A stretch of DNA of 64,000 bases from Clostridiales bacterium (GCA_031267755.1 JAIRYP010000011.1:761-64760), one strand, 5' to 3'; shown: positions 1 through 10,215, numbered from the stretch's first letter. The notes: generated from the sequence alone by a model not told the origin. Translations and numbers: made by a program.

Positions 1-753
1 TTTTGATAATATTTTTTAAAAATTTGATTTTTTGTTTAAGTTTTGATTTTTTTAAAAATTATATAATTTATTTATTACAAATTTATATATAAAAAGATGA
101 AAATTTATTTTAAAATCATTGTTTTTTATCTGAATTTAACTTTATTCGAAACTGAAAAATTGCTATATTTTTTTGTTTAAATTTCAAAGACAATTTTGAA
201 TTATATTATAAATTTTTTTAAAGTATTTATAATGGTATGGATTTGCGAAGTGAAATTATATTGATAGGTTCAGAAAATACAAAATTGTAAATAAAATATT
301 ATCTTTAATAAATTTTTCAAGTTTTTTATAAAATTAAAAGTTTTTAGTTTCACATGTCAGATGACATATAATACATTTTATAAATGTTTATATTTTAATA
401 AATAAAAAATTTTTAAATATAATTTTTAAAATTTGATTTTTGAAAGTTTTTTTCCTAACAAAATTGTATTTTTTCTAGTCTTTTGTTAGACGTGTTTGTT
501 ATATATTTTATTTTTAAAAAATAAGAATTGTTTAGACAATATTTACTCAAATTAAAATGGTTGTTTTCAAAATAAATTTTTAAAATTTTCCTCGTTATTT
601 TTAATATAAATAGATTTGACGACGATTAAAATTTTTTAAATTTCAATTTTTATAGATAAGACATTTTAATTATTAATTTTATTTTATCATTGTTGATAAT
701 TAACGATTTTAATTTAAATAAAAAATGATCAAATGTGTTTTAATATTTTTGTA

Positions 754-1593
754 TTAAGAAAAATAGAGTTTATTTCTTATTAAATTTGAGAAAAAATTTA
801 TTAATGCTATTAAAATAAATAAAACCACAGAAGTAGAATAAGCTTCATTCAAGTGCAAACCTTCACTAGAAAGCGAATACATGTGTACTGATAGTGTTCT
901 TGCTGACATAAATAAAAAATTTTTTCCGCAAGGAATTTGAGGAACTGTTCCGGCAGTATAAATAAGAACAATAGTTTCGCCTATAATTCTTCCAGTAGAA
1001 AGTAAAATTCCTGAAAATATTCCCGGAAAAGATGTTGGTATTATAATTTTAAAAATTGTCCTTACTTGGCCCACTCCAAGTGCGAATGATCCTTCTTTCA
1101 GTATTTTGGGAACAGTTTTTAATGATTCTTCAGTTGTTCTGATAATCAGTGGCAATGTCATGATTGATAAAGTTAATGCTGCCGAAATAACTGAAAAACC
1201 CAAACCAAGTTTTGAAACGAAAAGAATACGTCCAAACAACGCGTAAATGATTGACGGCAATCCAGCTAAAGTTTCGTTTGCAATTCTTATAATGCTTATT
1301 ATTCTTTTAGTTTGTTTTGAATACTCAATTAAATATAATGCTGAAAAAATACCTGTAGGTATTGATAATAATAAAGAAAAAAAGGTGATAATTATCGTTG
1401 AAAAAATTGAAGGAGTAACTGACATATTTTTACTTGTATATTTAAATTCGAAAAATGAAAGTTTTAAGTGTGGAATTCCTTTCGCTAACATATAACACGT
1501 TATTATAAGGAAAAAAACAAAAGTTAAAAATGCTATAAAGTGAGTAAAAAAAAATAAAAAATAATCCATTGCTTTTTTATTTTTGCTTTTCAT
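754..1593 (-). CDS. pstA: Phosphate ABC transporter permease PstA
   Basis: ORF 754..1614. Multi-TM protein with an ABC-importer EAA loop (TEESLKTVPKILKEGSFALG). Follows pstS-pstC on the same strand. Start placed at ATG 1593 (MKSKNKK...) because GAGGT lies about 5 nt upstream. ATG 1614 is also possible. Confidence 0.9.
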   Translation of the reverse strand: MKSKNKKAMDYFLFFFTHFIAFLTFVFFLIITCYMLAKGIPHLKLSFFEFKYTSKNMSVTPSIFSTIIITFFSLLLSIPTGIFSALYLIEYSKQTKRIISIIRIANETLAGLPSIIYALFGRILFVSKLGLGFSVISAALTLSIMTLPLIIRTTEESLKTVPKILKEGSFALGVGQVRTIFKIIIPTSFPGIFSGILLSTGRIIGETIVLIYTAGTVPQIPCGKNFLFMSARTLSVHMYSLSSEGLHLNEAYSTSVVLFILIALINFFSNLIRNKLYFS

Positions 1594-1688
1594 TTCAACC
1601 TCAATAAGAATCATACGTTTTAATATTATTAATAAATTATTTATAATTCCTCAATTTAAAGTTATTCTTTGTAAAAGAATGTTTAATA

Positions 1689-2546
1689 TTATTGTTTGGT
1701 TTTATTTTTGAAAATAGAAAATGAAATATTTATCGATAGTACAAAAACAAACAAAATTATTCCAGTAGCAATTAAAGCTTCTCGATGCAAACCAGATGCG
1801 TAACCCATTTCAATAGCAATGTTTGCCGTTAAAGTTCTTACTCCCTGAAGTAGTCCTTTTGGCATACGTCCTTGATTACCAGCAACCATGATTACAGCCA
1901 AAGTTTCTCCAAGTGCTCTTCCAACTCCAAGTATGACAGATGAAATTATTCCTGAGTTCGCAGCGGGGACTATAACAAAAAAAATACTCCTTTCGTGGCT
2001 AGAACCAAGTGCCAAAGCTCCTTCATAATAAATTTTTGGAACAGCCTTTAAAGAATTTTCAGAAATTTTTATAATAGTTGGTAATATCATAATTCCAAGC
2101 AAAACAGATGCACTAAGAATATTATTTCCGTTTACTCCAAATAATTTTTCAAAAAAAGGAACAATAAATACCATACCAAACAAACCAAATATTATTGAAG
2201 GAATTCCTGCCAAAACTTCAACAGAAAATTTAAAAAAACTATAAAATCTTTGCAAACAAAACCATGACATAAAAATTGCAGTAAAAATTCCTAATGGAGC
2301 TCCGAACAAAATTGCGCCAAAAGTGACATAAACGCTTCCCAATATCATTGGAAAAATTCCAAACAAAGAAGGTTCATCGGAAGGTGACCATTCTTTGCCG
2401 AACAAAAAATTTATAAAACCTATTTTTTTTATTGCAGGAATTCCACCAGCAAATAAAAATATACACATTAAAATAATTATGAGCAAAGATTCAACAGCAG
2501 ATACAAAAAAAATAAATTTAAAAAAATTTTCCCCAAACTTTTTCAT
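1689..2546 (-). CDS. pstC: Phosphate ABC transporter permease PstC
   Basis: ORF 1689..2555 (288 aa). Multi-TM ABC permease with EAA loop (ISENSLKAVPKIYYEGALALG). First ATG at 2546 preferred over TTG at 2555. SD is weak. Confidence 0.9.
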   Translation of the reverse strand: MKKFGENFFKFIFFVSAVESLLIIILMCIFLFAGGIPAIKKIGFINFLFGKEWSPSDEPSLFGIFPMILGSVYVTFGAILFGAPLGIFTAIFMSWFCLQRFYSFFKFSVEVLAGIPSIIFGLFGMVFIVPFFEKLFGVNGNNILSASVLLGIMILPTIIKISENSLKAVPKIYYEGALALGSSHERSIFFVIVPAANSGIISSVILGVGRALGETLAVIMVAGNQGRMPKGLLQGVRTLTANIAIEMGYASGLHREALIATGIILFVFVLSINISFSIFKNKTKQ

Positions 2547-2582
2547 AAGCACCAAAAATATATTAAAAAGTAAAAGTGATAA

Positions 2583-3434
2583 TTAAAAGTTTAAAAAATA
2601 ATTCCAATCTGTTATTTCGCCACTAAAAATTTTTTTAACATTTTCTTTAGTAATGTTTTCTACTTTATTTTTGTTGTTTACTATAATTGCAAGCCCATCA
2701 ATGGCAATATCAATTTTTTTTAAACCACTACGTTTTTCTTCGTCGTTGATTTCTCGACTAGAAAGAGCGATATCACAACTTCCATCAATAACACTTAAAA
2801 TTCCCGACGTACTATCACTAATTTGCATTTCAACAACGATATTTTTATTTACTTTTAAGTATTTTTCTACTATTTTTTCAATCAACGGTGCAACTGAAGA
2901 AGAACCAGATATATATATTTTACCTCTTAAATCTTTTTCTTCATATTTTGATAAATTTTTTTCAATCGGTATGTAATCTTCTTCAACGATTATTTGACCA
3001 TCTTTTGAAAAAATATAACTAATGAAATCATTTATCAAATCATTATTTTGATTTTTTAGCACAATACCAAATGATCTTACAATGTCATATAAATTATTTT
3101 TTATATTTTCTTCAGTTGGCGAAATTCCATCAATTTTAAGAGGCTTCACATTAGAGTTTGCAGCATTAAAACTTACATAACCTATTGCATTTTTATCTGA
3201 AACAACGTTTACAAGTACGACGTCCATTTTATTTGCAATTATTGAATCCTTCGTAGTCATATCTTTAATAGTTTCGCCGAATTTTCTTCTGAGATCTAAA
3301 ATGTCTACAAAAGCACCTCTTGTTCCTGAACCTTCTTCTCTTGATATAACACTGATTTTACTTATATTTTTATCGCAACCACAAAAAATAATAATGCCCA
3401 TAACAAAAAATAATAAAAAAAATTTTTTTTTCAT
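2583..3434 (-). CDS. pstS: Phosphate ABC transporter substrate-binding lipoprotein PstS
   Basis: 283 aa. Lipoprotein signal ending IIIFCGC. PstS-like motifs (ISGSSSVAPL, SDSTSG). Sits upstream of pstC-pstA. Its ATG overlaps the stop of the upstream ORF (ATGA at 3431-3434). Confidence 0.9.
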   Translation of the reverse strand: MKKKFFLLFFVMGIIIFCGCDKNISKISVISREEGSGTRGAFVDILDLRRKFGETIKDMTTKDSIIANKMDVVLVNVVSDKNAIGYVSFNAANSNVKPLKIDGISPTEENIKNNLYDIVRSFGIVLKNQNNDLINDFISYIFSKDGQIIVEEDYIPIEKNLSKYEEKDLRGKIYISGSSSVAPLIEKIVEKYLKVNKNIVVEMQISDSTSGILSVIDGSCDIALSSREINDEEKRSGLKKIDIAIDGLAIIVNNKNKVENITKENVKKIFSGEITDWNYFLNF

Positions 3435-3679
3435 AGAGTAGATTTTTTATTTCTAGTGCCAAATCCAAAACTTTGAAAATTATTTTCTAACTGTGAAGAA
3501 GTTGAAACTGGCAAAGAAACCGTTTCTCTTGTAGGATTTTTTTTAGCAGCGTTATTTCTAATAATAAAACGATTCATCTCTGTAATAAAAAATGAAGCCT
3601 CATGCCTTAAATCGTTATTGTTTTTGGAAAGCGATTTCAACACTGCAACAGCAACTTCTGCTTCAAATCTATTTATCAT
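3431..3679 (-). CDS. Hypothetical small protein (82 aa), translationally coupled to pstS
   Basis: Strong SD AAGGAGA 8 nt before ATG 3679. The stop TGA overlaps the pstS ATG. No family recognised. Confidence 0.55.
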   Translation of the reverse strand: MINRFEAEVAVAVLKSLSKNNNDLRHEASFFITEMNRFIIRNNAAKKNPTRETVSLPVSTSSQLENNFQSFGFGTRNKKSTL

Positions 3680-3733
3680 TTATATATTTCTCCTTATCTT
3701 TTTAAAATAAAATTCATTACAAAAAAATTTAAT

Positions 3734-3931
3734 TTATTGCTGTTCTAAAAATTTTTCTTTCGTTATTTCTTTAGTTAAAAATAAAATTTCTCTTACTAAA
3801 TTGGGGTTTAGAACATCAAGTAATTCACCTTTTAGAAACGCTTCTGTTGAATTTTCTACCACATTTTTTAATCTTGGCGACATGTCTTGTTTTATATCAT
3901 CAAAAGTTTTATATTTTTGTTTTGACACCAT
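3734..3931 (-). CDS. Hypothetical small charged protein (about 65 aa)
   Basis: ORF 3734..3943. SD GGGAGGG sits immediately before ATG-ATG-GTG, so the start is likely ATG 3931 or GTG 3928. No family recognised. Confidence 0.5.
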   Translation of the reverse strand: MVSKQKYKTFDDIKQDMSPRLKNVVENSTEAFLKGELLDVLNPNLVREILFLTKEITKEKFLEQQ

Positions 3932-4210
3932 CATCCCTCCCACTTAAATATCACAATTATTTATTAGAAAGCAACACACCACATAATTTAATTTATCATA
4001 TTTTATTTCTTTAGTCAAATTTTAGTAAAAAATCATAAGCATATTATTAATTTATTTAAAATTTTTTTAACACTTGAAAGTAAATAAAAAGTTAAATAAT
4101 TTAACAATTTTCATAATAAAGAACTCGTAAGAGATGATAATAAATTATACTTCTATTTCAAAAACAAAATTCCTTTTAATTTCATTAATTTTCAAATAAG
4201 GAAATAAATT

Positions 4211-4417
4211 ATGTTTGGAATAATTTTCATTTGTTTGACTGGAATTATTGGTTTTATTGAACGATGGAAACTTAATAAATATTTTAGGGAACATAACACT
4301 AAAAATTTAAACATCCATAATGATAAAAATATTATTATTTTTACAAAAAACGAAAAACCAATTTTAAATGATAATATTTTGTCATCAAATTTAGAAATTT
4401 ATGATAATATTTTTTAA
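4211..4417 (+). CDS. Hypothetical small membrane protein (68 aa)
   Basis: SD AAGGAA about 8 nt before the ATG. One N-terminal hydrophobic helix (IIFICLTGIIGFI). No family recognised. Confidence 0.45.
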   Translation: MFGIIFICLTGIIGFIERWKLNKYFREHNTKNLNIHNDKNIIIFTKNEKPILNDNILSSNLEIYDNIF

Positions 4418-4510
4418 ATTCCAATAATATATATTTTATGTTATATTTAATAATTATAAAGTTTAAAATTTAATTAATTTTTATTAGAAAATAAAAATAT
4501 ATATTATGAG

Positions 4511-5176
4511 GTGTTAATTATATTTACAGAAGAATATTATAAAAAAAATAAAAAAAATATTGTATTTTTAATTGGAGTGATTTTGTCATGTTCAACCATA
4601 CTAGCATGTTATAATCTTAAAAAAATTTTTAAAAGAAATATTGTTTCTAATGAAATATTAATTCACACAAATGAAGAAGAATCAATATTGGGAAAAATTG
4701 ATGAAAAAGATCAAATTGAACAAAATTATGCTAATGAGAATGAAAATAATATGTTTTTAGAAAATGATTATAAAACTTCAATTCAAGAAAAAATGAAGTT
4801 AAATGATGAAGAAGTAAAATATTCAAAAAAATATTTTGAAGAATCGATTGATAATGAATCTGAAAATAAAGTCATTATTAATACAAAAGGCATTGAAAAA
4901 AATTCAAATATAGAAAAAGAAAATTCTATTGAATATATAAAAAATAAAAAAAGTATTATTCCAAAGCTTGAAACGGAAAATCAAATAATGAATATTAACA
5001 CTGCAACGCTTGAAGAGCTTAAAACTTTAAAAGGAATTGCCGACAAGCGTGCCGAAGCTATAATAAAATACAGAGAAAAAAATGGAAAATTTGAAAATGT
5101 TGAAGATATAAAAGAAGTATACGGCATAGGTGATGGAATTTTTTCAAAAATTAAAAATTTCATAAAAGTAAAATAA
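4511..5176 (+). CDS. comEA: ComEA-family DNA-binding competence protein
   Basis: 221 aa. N-terminal TM segment, Asn/Glu-rich linker and C-terminal tandem helix-hairpin-helix (NINTATLEELKTLKGIADKRAEAII...VYGIGDGIFSKI). The start is uncertain because GTG 4511 lies inside the SD-like GAGGTG. Confidence 0.8.
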   Translation: MLIIFTEEYYKKNKKNIVFLIGVILSCSTILACYNLKKIFKRNIVSNEILIHTNEEESILGKIDEKDQIEQNYANENENNMFLENDYKTSIQEKMKLNDEEVKYSKKYFEESIDNESENKVIINTKGIEKNSNIEKENSIEYIKNKKSIIPKLETENQIMNINTATLEELKTLKGIADKRAEAIIKYREKNGKFENVEDIKEVYGIGDGIFSKIKNFIKVK

Positions 5177-5234
5177 AACTCTAGTTGAAAAAATGTAAAA
5201 TCAATAAATTAAAATTTAAATAATTTTAATTATT

Positions 5235-5588
5235 TTATTCATTGGTTATATCTATAAGCTCAATTAAACACATTTCCGCACCGTCGCCACGTCTTGGACC
5301 AATTTTTACAATTTTGCTATAACCGCTACTTCTAGATTGATATTTAGATAAGTTAGAAAATAATTCTGTTACAACGCTTTCAATAGTAACAATTTTCATA
5401 ATTTGTCGTCTTGAATGCAATGTATTTTTCTTTGCTAAATTTATAATTTTATCGATTAATTTCCTCAACTCTTTAGCACGACAAACAGTTGTTAAAATTT
5501 TTCCATTTTTAAATAATGAAGTTGTTAAATTTTTAAGCATTGCGATTCTTTGATCTGTTGGTCTACCAAGTTTTCTATATTTAGACAT
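5235..5588 (-). CDS. rplQ: 50S ribosomal protein L17
   Basis: 117 aa, MSKYRKLGRPTDQRIAMLKN... Last gene of the alpha operon, after rpoA. Confidence 0.95.
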   Translation of the reverse strand: MSKYRKLGRPTDQRIAMLKNLTTSLFKNGKILTTVCRAKELRKLIDKIINLAKKNTLHSRRQIMKIVTIESVVTELFSNLSKYQSRSSGYSKIVKIGPRRGDGAEMCLIELIDITNE

Positions 5589-5609
5589 TTTTACATCCTT
5601 AATTTAAAA

Positions 5610-6554
5610 TTATTCTGCAAATTGCAAATCCAAAGAATTTAATTTTTCAACGATTTCATCAAGTGATTTCCAACCAAGATTTCTAATTTTCATCATTTCA
5701 GCCTCATTTTTTTCTGTAAGATTTTTGAGAGTGTTTATTCCAGCCCGTTTCAAACAATTATACGAACGTACCGACAATTCTAACTCTTCTATTGGCACAT
5801 CAAAAATTTTATCACTTTCTTTTTCATTATTTTCAAATATTAATTTAGAACCAGTGATTTCTTGAGATGATAAACCTATAAACAAATTCATATGTTCAGT
5901 TATTATTTTTGCCGATAAACTAATCGCCGTTTGTGCATCAATTGAACCATTTGTCCATATTTCAATTATTAATTTATCATAATCGGTGACATTTTCAACT
6001 CTGGTATTTTCTACTGTATAACTTACCTTTAAAACAGGTGTATATATTGAATCAACAGGTATTAAACCTATAACAGGTTCTAAAGTAAGTTTGTTTTTTT
6101 CGGAAGTAACATAACCTCTACCCTTATTAAATACTATTTCAGCATACAATTTTGCGTCTTCATTTAATGATGCGATGTGTAAATCTTTATTAATTATTTC
6201 AACTTCTAAATCACATTTTAAATCCCCTGCTTTAATTATTCCAGCACCTTCATGTTCAATATAAACAGTTTTTGATTTTTCAGTGTGAAGTTTTGCAACG
6301 ATTTTTTTCACGTTTAAAATTATTTCCGATACGTCTTCTCTAACTCCAACTATAGTTGAAAATTCATGTAAAACACCCTCAATTTTTATCGAAGTAGGGG
6401 CAAAGCCTGGTAAAGATGACAAAAGAACTCTTCTTAAAGAATTACCGAGTGTATTGCCATAACCTCTTTCTAAAGGTTCAACAACAAATTTTCCATATTG
6501 ACCGTCATCGCTTGTTTTTTCACATTTAACAACAGGTTTTTCAATTTCCAACAT
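5610..6554 (-). CDS. rpoA: DNA-directed RNA polymerase subunit alpha
   Basis: ORF 5610..6587. Start placed at ATG 6554 (MLEIEKP...) with AAAGGAG upstream, which gives the typical ~314 aa. C-terminal domain motif [17 protein letters not shown]. Confidence 0.95.
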   Translation of the reverse strand: MLEIEKPVVKCEKTSDDGQYGKFVVEPLERGYGNTLGNSLRRVLLSSLPGFAPTSIKIEGVLHEFSTIVGVREDVSEIILNVKKIVAKLHTEKSKTVYIEHEGAGIIKAGDLKCDLEVEIINKDLHIASLNEDAKLYAEIVFNKGRGYVTSEKNKLTLEPVIGLIPVDSIYTPVLKVSYTVENTRVENVTDYDKLIIEIWTNGSIDAQTAISLSAKIITEHMNLFIGLSSQEITGSKLIFENNEKESDKIFDVPIEELELSVRSYNCLKRAGINTLKNLTEKNEAEMMKIRNLGWKSLDEIVEKLNSLDLQFAE

Positions 6555-6593
6555 TATATAATAAGCTCCTTTCTTACTTTTTTTCAATGAGCA

Positions 6594-7187
6594 TTATTTA
6601 GAATACAATTCAACAATAAAATGTACTTCAACTGGAAGATCTATATCCTCTTTCGATGGTAAAATTAAAACTTCGCCTTTAGTTTTTTCTTTATCCAAAA
6701 CCAACCACCTAGGAACTGCTATATTTCCCAAAGTTTCCAGGATTGATTTGATTTTTTTATTTGACTTACTTTTTTCTCGAATTTCTATAACATCTCCAAT
6801 TTTAACCAAAAAAGATGGAATATTAACTTTATGACCATTTACGGTAAAATGTCCATGAGTTACAAGCTGTCTTGATTCTCGGCGTGTTTTGGCAAATCCT
6901 AATCTAAAAGCAACATTATCAAGACGACTTTCCAAAATTTGTAAAAGTTTCTCTCCAGTATTATCTTTACTTTCGCTAGCTCTTTTATAATAATTTCTAA
7001 ACTGTTTTTCTAAAACTCCATAAACGAATTTGGCTTTTTGTTTTTCTTTAAGTTGTGTACCATAATTGCTAGATTTTCTTCTTGATGCACGTGGATTTCT
7101 TTTCGATTGTTTTGCAATTCCAACTAAAGTTGGGCTTAATCCAAGAACCCTACATTTTTTTAAAATATGGCATTTATTAACCGCCAT
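6594..7187 (-). CDS. rpsD: 30S ribosomal protein S4
   Basis: 197 aa. SD GGGAGG 5 nt before the ATG. S4 domain (LESRLDNVAFRLGFAKTRRESRQLVTHGH). Confidence 0.95.
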   Translation of the reverse strand: MAVNKCHILKKCRVLGLSPTLVGIAKQSKRNPRASRRKSSNYGTQLKEKQKAKFVYGVLEKQFRNYYKRASESKDNTGEKLLQILESRLDNVAFRLGFAKTRRESRQLVTHGHFTVNGHKVNIPSFLVKIGDVIEIREKSKSNKKIKSILETLGNIAVPRWLVLDKEKTKGEVLILPSKEDIDLPVEVHFIVELYSK

Positions 7188-7204
7188 TTTTACCTCCCAT
7201 TTTT

Positions 7205-7588
7205 TTATACACGTCTCTTCTTAGGTGGTTTACAACCGTTATGAGGAATCGGTGTTACATCATAAATTTCTTTAATTTCAATATTTTCTGCTTGTAAAGC
7301 ACGAATTGCTGATTCTCTACCCGAACCTGGCCCCTTCACTTTGACCGTTACGAATCTAATGCCATTTTGATATGCGACTTTCGCTGCAGATGCAGAAGTC
7401 ATTTGTGCAGCATACGGCGTACTTTTTTTAGAACCTTTGAAACCCAAAATACCAGCACTCGACCAAGATATAACATCTCCCTTTTTGTTAGTTATAGTAA
7501 CTATGGTATTGTTAAAAGTTGATTTTATGTGAGCAACACCACCTTCTTCAGTTCTTATTTTATTTGTGTTTTTAGTTTTAGATGACAT
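7205..7588 (-). CDS. rpsK: 30S ribosomal protein S11
   Basis: 127 aa. [18 protein letters not shown]...[14 protein letters not shown] is typical of S11. Confidence 0.95.
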   Translation of the reverse strand: MSSKTKNTNKIRTEEGGVAHIKSTFNNTIVTITNKKGDVISWSSAGILGFKGSKKSTPYAAQMTSASAAKVAYQNGIRFVTVKVKGPGSGRESAIRALQAENIEIKEIYDVTPIPHNGCKPPKKRRV

Positions 7589-7667
7589 TTTTCTCCTTAA
7601 AATTTTCGATATTTGAAAATCATAAAATAACTTTTTTTATAATTAAACAATCATAGAAAAATATTAA

Positions 7668-8036
7668 TTAATTTGCTTTTTTATTGTTTGCAATTATTTT
7701 TTTTGAACCTTTCCTTGTTCTTGCATTTGTTTTGGTTCTTTGCCCTCTAACTGGCAAACCTTTTCTATGGCGCAATCCTCTATAACAACCAATTTCCATT
7801 AAACGTTTTTTATTGAGTGCAGTTTCTCTTCTGAGATCGCCTTCAACTTTATATTTTTCAACTTCAGATCTAATTTTAGAAACATACTCTTCGCTCAAAT
7901 CTTGAGTTTTTATGTTTGGTTGAATGTTCAAAGATAATAAAATATCTCTAGCAGTATTAATTCCTATTCCAAAAATGCTAGTTAAAGCGTACCCAATCCC
8001 TTTATTGTTTGGTAAATCAACGCCAACAATTCTCAT
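7668..8036 (-). CDS. rpsM: 30S ribosomal protein S13
   Basis: 122 aa. [12 protein letters not shown]...[23 protein letters not shown]. Confidence 0.95.
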   Translation of the reverse strand: MRIVGVDLPNNKGIGYALTSIFGIGINTARDILLSLNIQPNIKTQDLSEEYVSKIRSEVEKYKVEGDLRRETALNKKRLMEIGCYRGLRHRKGLPVRGQRTKTNARTRKGSKKIIANNKKAN

Positions 8037-8114
8037 TAATTTTTAACACCTCTTTTTTTATATATTAAACAAAACAAAAGTTTTAATTTATAAATTTTAT
8101 AAATAAAAAAAATT

Positions 8115-8228
8115 TTAACCTTGTCTTTGCTTGTGCCTTGGATTTTCACATATTATCATATTTTTACCATTTCTTCTTATACGTTTACATTTTTCGCAAA
8201 TTTGTTTTATAGAAGCGCGCACCTTCAT
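8115..8228 (-). CDS. rpmJ: 50S ribosomal protein L36 (Zn-binding C3H form)
   Basis: Not in the ORF track because it is under 60 aa. Hand translation of the minus strand gives [37 protein letters not shown] plus stop. Canonical position between infA and rpsM. Confidence 0.9.
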   Translation of the reverse strand: MKVRASIKQICEKCKRIRRNGKNMIICENPRHKQRQG

Positions 8229-8229
8229 A

Positions 8230-8472
8230 TCAATCAGTTCTCCCATCGTTATGAGTTTTGCTTCTCCAAGTTATTCTTCCTTTTGTTAAATCATAGGATG
8301 ACATTTCTATATTAACTTTATCACCAGGCAAAATTTTTATATAATTCAATCTCAATTTTCCAGATATATGAGCTAGAATTTTGTGTCCATTCTTAAGCTC
8401 AACTTTAAATGTTGCATTGGGAAGAGTTTCAACAACAATTCCTTCAACTTCTAAAACATCTTTTTTTGACAT
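8230..8472 (-). CDS. infA: Translation initiation factor IF-1
   Basis: 80 aa. [39 protein letters not shown]... S1-like fold sequence. Has about 8 aa of C-terminal extension. Its stop lies 1 nt before the rpmJ ATG. Confidence 0.95.
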   Translation of the reverse strand: MSKKDVLEVEGIVVETLPNATFKVELKNGHKILAHISGKLRLNYIKILPGDKVNIEMSSYDLTKGRITWRSKTHNDGRTD

Positions 8473-8501
8473 TCATTATTCTCCATAAAAAATATAAATT
8501 A

Positions 8502-8783
8502 TTATTCGTCAAAATTATGGCTACAAACAATTTTTTTTATTTCTGCATTAATTATTTTTTTATTTAAAAATATTTTTTCTTTAATATATTCATTTGTTTT
8601 TCCAGTTAATAAAACATGTTTGCATTTTTTCTTTTTTATTTTATCAACTTTATGAATTTCTCCATCACAAATGCCGATAAAATTTTCTTTCACCCACATA
8701 ACGACATAATACCTCCCCTTATCTCTGCCTGCTCTTGAATATACTATATCCCCTATATTAAATTTTATATTAATATGTTCCAT
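8502..8783 (-). CDS. KOW-domain RNA-binding protein
   Basis: 93 aa. GDIVYSRAGRDKGRYYVV is a KOW-like motif. Lies between map and infA, as I recall for Clostridia. Confidence 0.7.
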   Translation of the reverse strand: MEHINIKFNIGDIVYSRAGRDKGRYYVVMWVKENFIGICDGEIHKVDKIKKKKCKHVLLTGKTNEYIKEKIFLNKKIINAEIKKIVCSHNFDE

Positions 8784-8804
8784 GAAAGCTTGCCACCTAT
8801 GATT

Positions 8805-9560
8805 TTATTCCAAATTTAACATAGTTAAAATTTTTGGTTCTTCATTAGTAATCAACACTGTGTTTTCATAATGTGCAGATAAACTTTTGTCCTTTGTCAC
8901 AACAGTCCAACCATCTTTTAAAATGTCAACTTCATCTCCTCCTAAGTTAATCATTGGTTCAATTGCAATAGCCATTCCCTTCTGTATTCGTTCACTTTTT
9001 GCGTTTGTTATATAATTTGGAATACTTGGTGCTTCGTGCAAGTTTTTTCCAATTCCATGTCCACAAAATTTTCTCACTACTCCTAAATTATTATTTTTGG
9101 CAAAAATGAATATAGCTCTCGAAATGTCTGAAATTTTTTTTCCAACTTTCGCATGTTTTATTCCTTCAAAAAAACATTGTTTTGTCACTTCAATAAGTTT
9201 TTGCGCTTCATTTGCAATGATGCCAACCGCAAAAGTCCGCGCTGCATCACCATGAAAACCATTATAACACGCACCTACATCTACACTTAAAACATCACCA
9301 TCTTTAAGTTTTTCAGAAGACGGAAAACCATGTATAACGACATCATTTAAACTTGAACATATACTATACGGAAAACCTTCATAGTTTTCAAAAGAACAAA
9401 GCGCACCTTGACTTATTATATATTCCTTAGCTAAATTATTGAGTTCGATAGTTGTTACACCAGGTTTAATACATTCTTCTAAAATCTTTAAAGTTTTAGC
9501 AACAATTTGCCCTGCGCGGATCATGTTTTCTATTTCCAACTTGGATTTTATCATAATCAA
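8805..9560 (-). CDS. map: Type I methionine aminopeptidase
   Basis: 251 aa. Metal-ligand context VDVGACYNGFHGDAARTF...GHGIG...IEPM is typical of MetAP. Confidence 0.95.
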   Translation of the reverse strand: MIMIKSKLEIENMIRAGQIVAKTLKILEECIKPGVTTIELNNLAKEYIISQGALCSFENYEGFPYSICSSLNDVVIHGFPSSEKLKDGDVLSVDVGACYNGFHGDAARTFAVGIIANEAQKLIEVTKQCFFEGIKHAKVGKKISDISRAIFIFAKNNNLGVVRKFCGHGIGKNLHEAPSIPNYITNAKSERIQKGMAIAIEPMINLGGDEVDILKDGWTVVTKDKSLSAHYENTVLITNEEPKILTMLNLE

Positions 9561-9585
9561 ACTTTCACCCGAATAATTAACCCTT

Positions 9586-10215
9586 CTATTCTAACACGTT
9601 TAAAATATCTGTAAAGGTACCCTCAATATTATTTTTTCCATAAACTACTTTGAGTAAATTTTTATTTTTATAAAAATCTACTATGGGAGCAACTTGCAAT
9701 TGATAAATTCTCAATCTATTTTGAATTGCTGGAACATTGTCATCATCTCTTATTATGAGGTTTTTTCCACAAGTATCACAAATTCCAACAACTTTTGGTG
9801 GATTCAATTTTACATTATAAACATTTCCACATTCTTTGCACTGAACTCTTCCAGTTAACCTTTCGATTATAATAGATTCTGAAACTTCAATTAATATTGC
9901 AGCGTCAACTTTTACTTCAAATTCTTCAAGCTTACGTGCTTGTTGTAATGTTCTTGGAAAACCATCTAACACATAACCATTTTTACACTTATCGCTCTTT
10001 AGTTTTTCGTTTATTATTTTACACACAATATTATCGGAGATTAACTCGCCATTTTTAACAAAATCACTTACCAATTTTCCTAATTCGCTTTTAGATTCGA
10101 TAATGTCTCTAATTATTTTGCCAGTTGAAACATTCTCGATAAAAAAATGTTTGCTTAGTTTTTCGGCATGCGTACCTTTACCCGAACCTGGAGCCCCTAA
10201 CAAAATAATTCTCAT
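9586..10215 (-). CDS. adk: Adenylate kinase (Cys4 zinc lid)
   Basis: ORF 9586..10218 starts at TTG, with ATG at 10215 giving MRIILLGAPGSGKGT (P-loop). Lid sequence CKECG...CDTCG. Confidence 0.95.
   Translation of the reverse strand: MRIILLGAPGSGKGTHAEKLSKHFFIENVSTGKIIRDIIESKSELGKLVSDFVKNGELISDNIVCKIINEKLKSDKCKNGYVLDGFPRTLQQARKLEEFEVKVDAAILIEVSESIIIERLTGRVQCKECGNVYNVKLNPPKVVGICDTCGKNLIIRDDDNVPAIQNRLRIYQLQVAPIVDFYKNKNLLKVVYGKNNIEGTFTDILNVLE

Noticed and set aside
1-753. Replication origin (oriC) hypothesis for the AT-rich tract
   Set aside because: The only DnaA-box-like 9-mer I found is TGTTGATAA (691-699), whose complement TTATCAACA has one mismatch. There is no cluster of boxes and no dnaA/dnaN nearby.
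3411-3434. A9/T8 homopolymer pair at the pstS start as a phase-variation switch
   Set aside because: It simply encodes the MKKKFFLL signal-peptide N-terminus. That is the expected codon choice in a genome this AT-rich, and similar tracts are everywhere.
5207-5231. All-A/T hairpin AATTAAAAT-N7-ATTTTAATT between convergent comEA and rplQ as a terminator
   Set aside because: The stem has no G-C pairs and its predicted stability is too low to call.
8230-8256. About 8-aa C-terminal extension of IF-1 (…[10 protein letters not shown]) as a functional novelty
   Set aside because: It is short and low-information. It probably arises because the stop codon drifted to abut the rpmJ start. Nothing else supports a function.
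8121-8315. 64-aa plus-strand ORF
   Set aside because: It is antisense to rpmJ and the 3' end of infA. The minus strand encodes a textbook L36.
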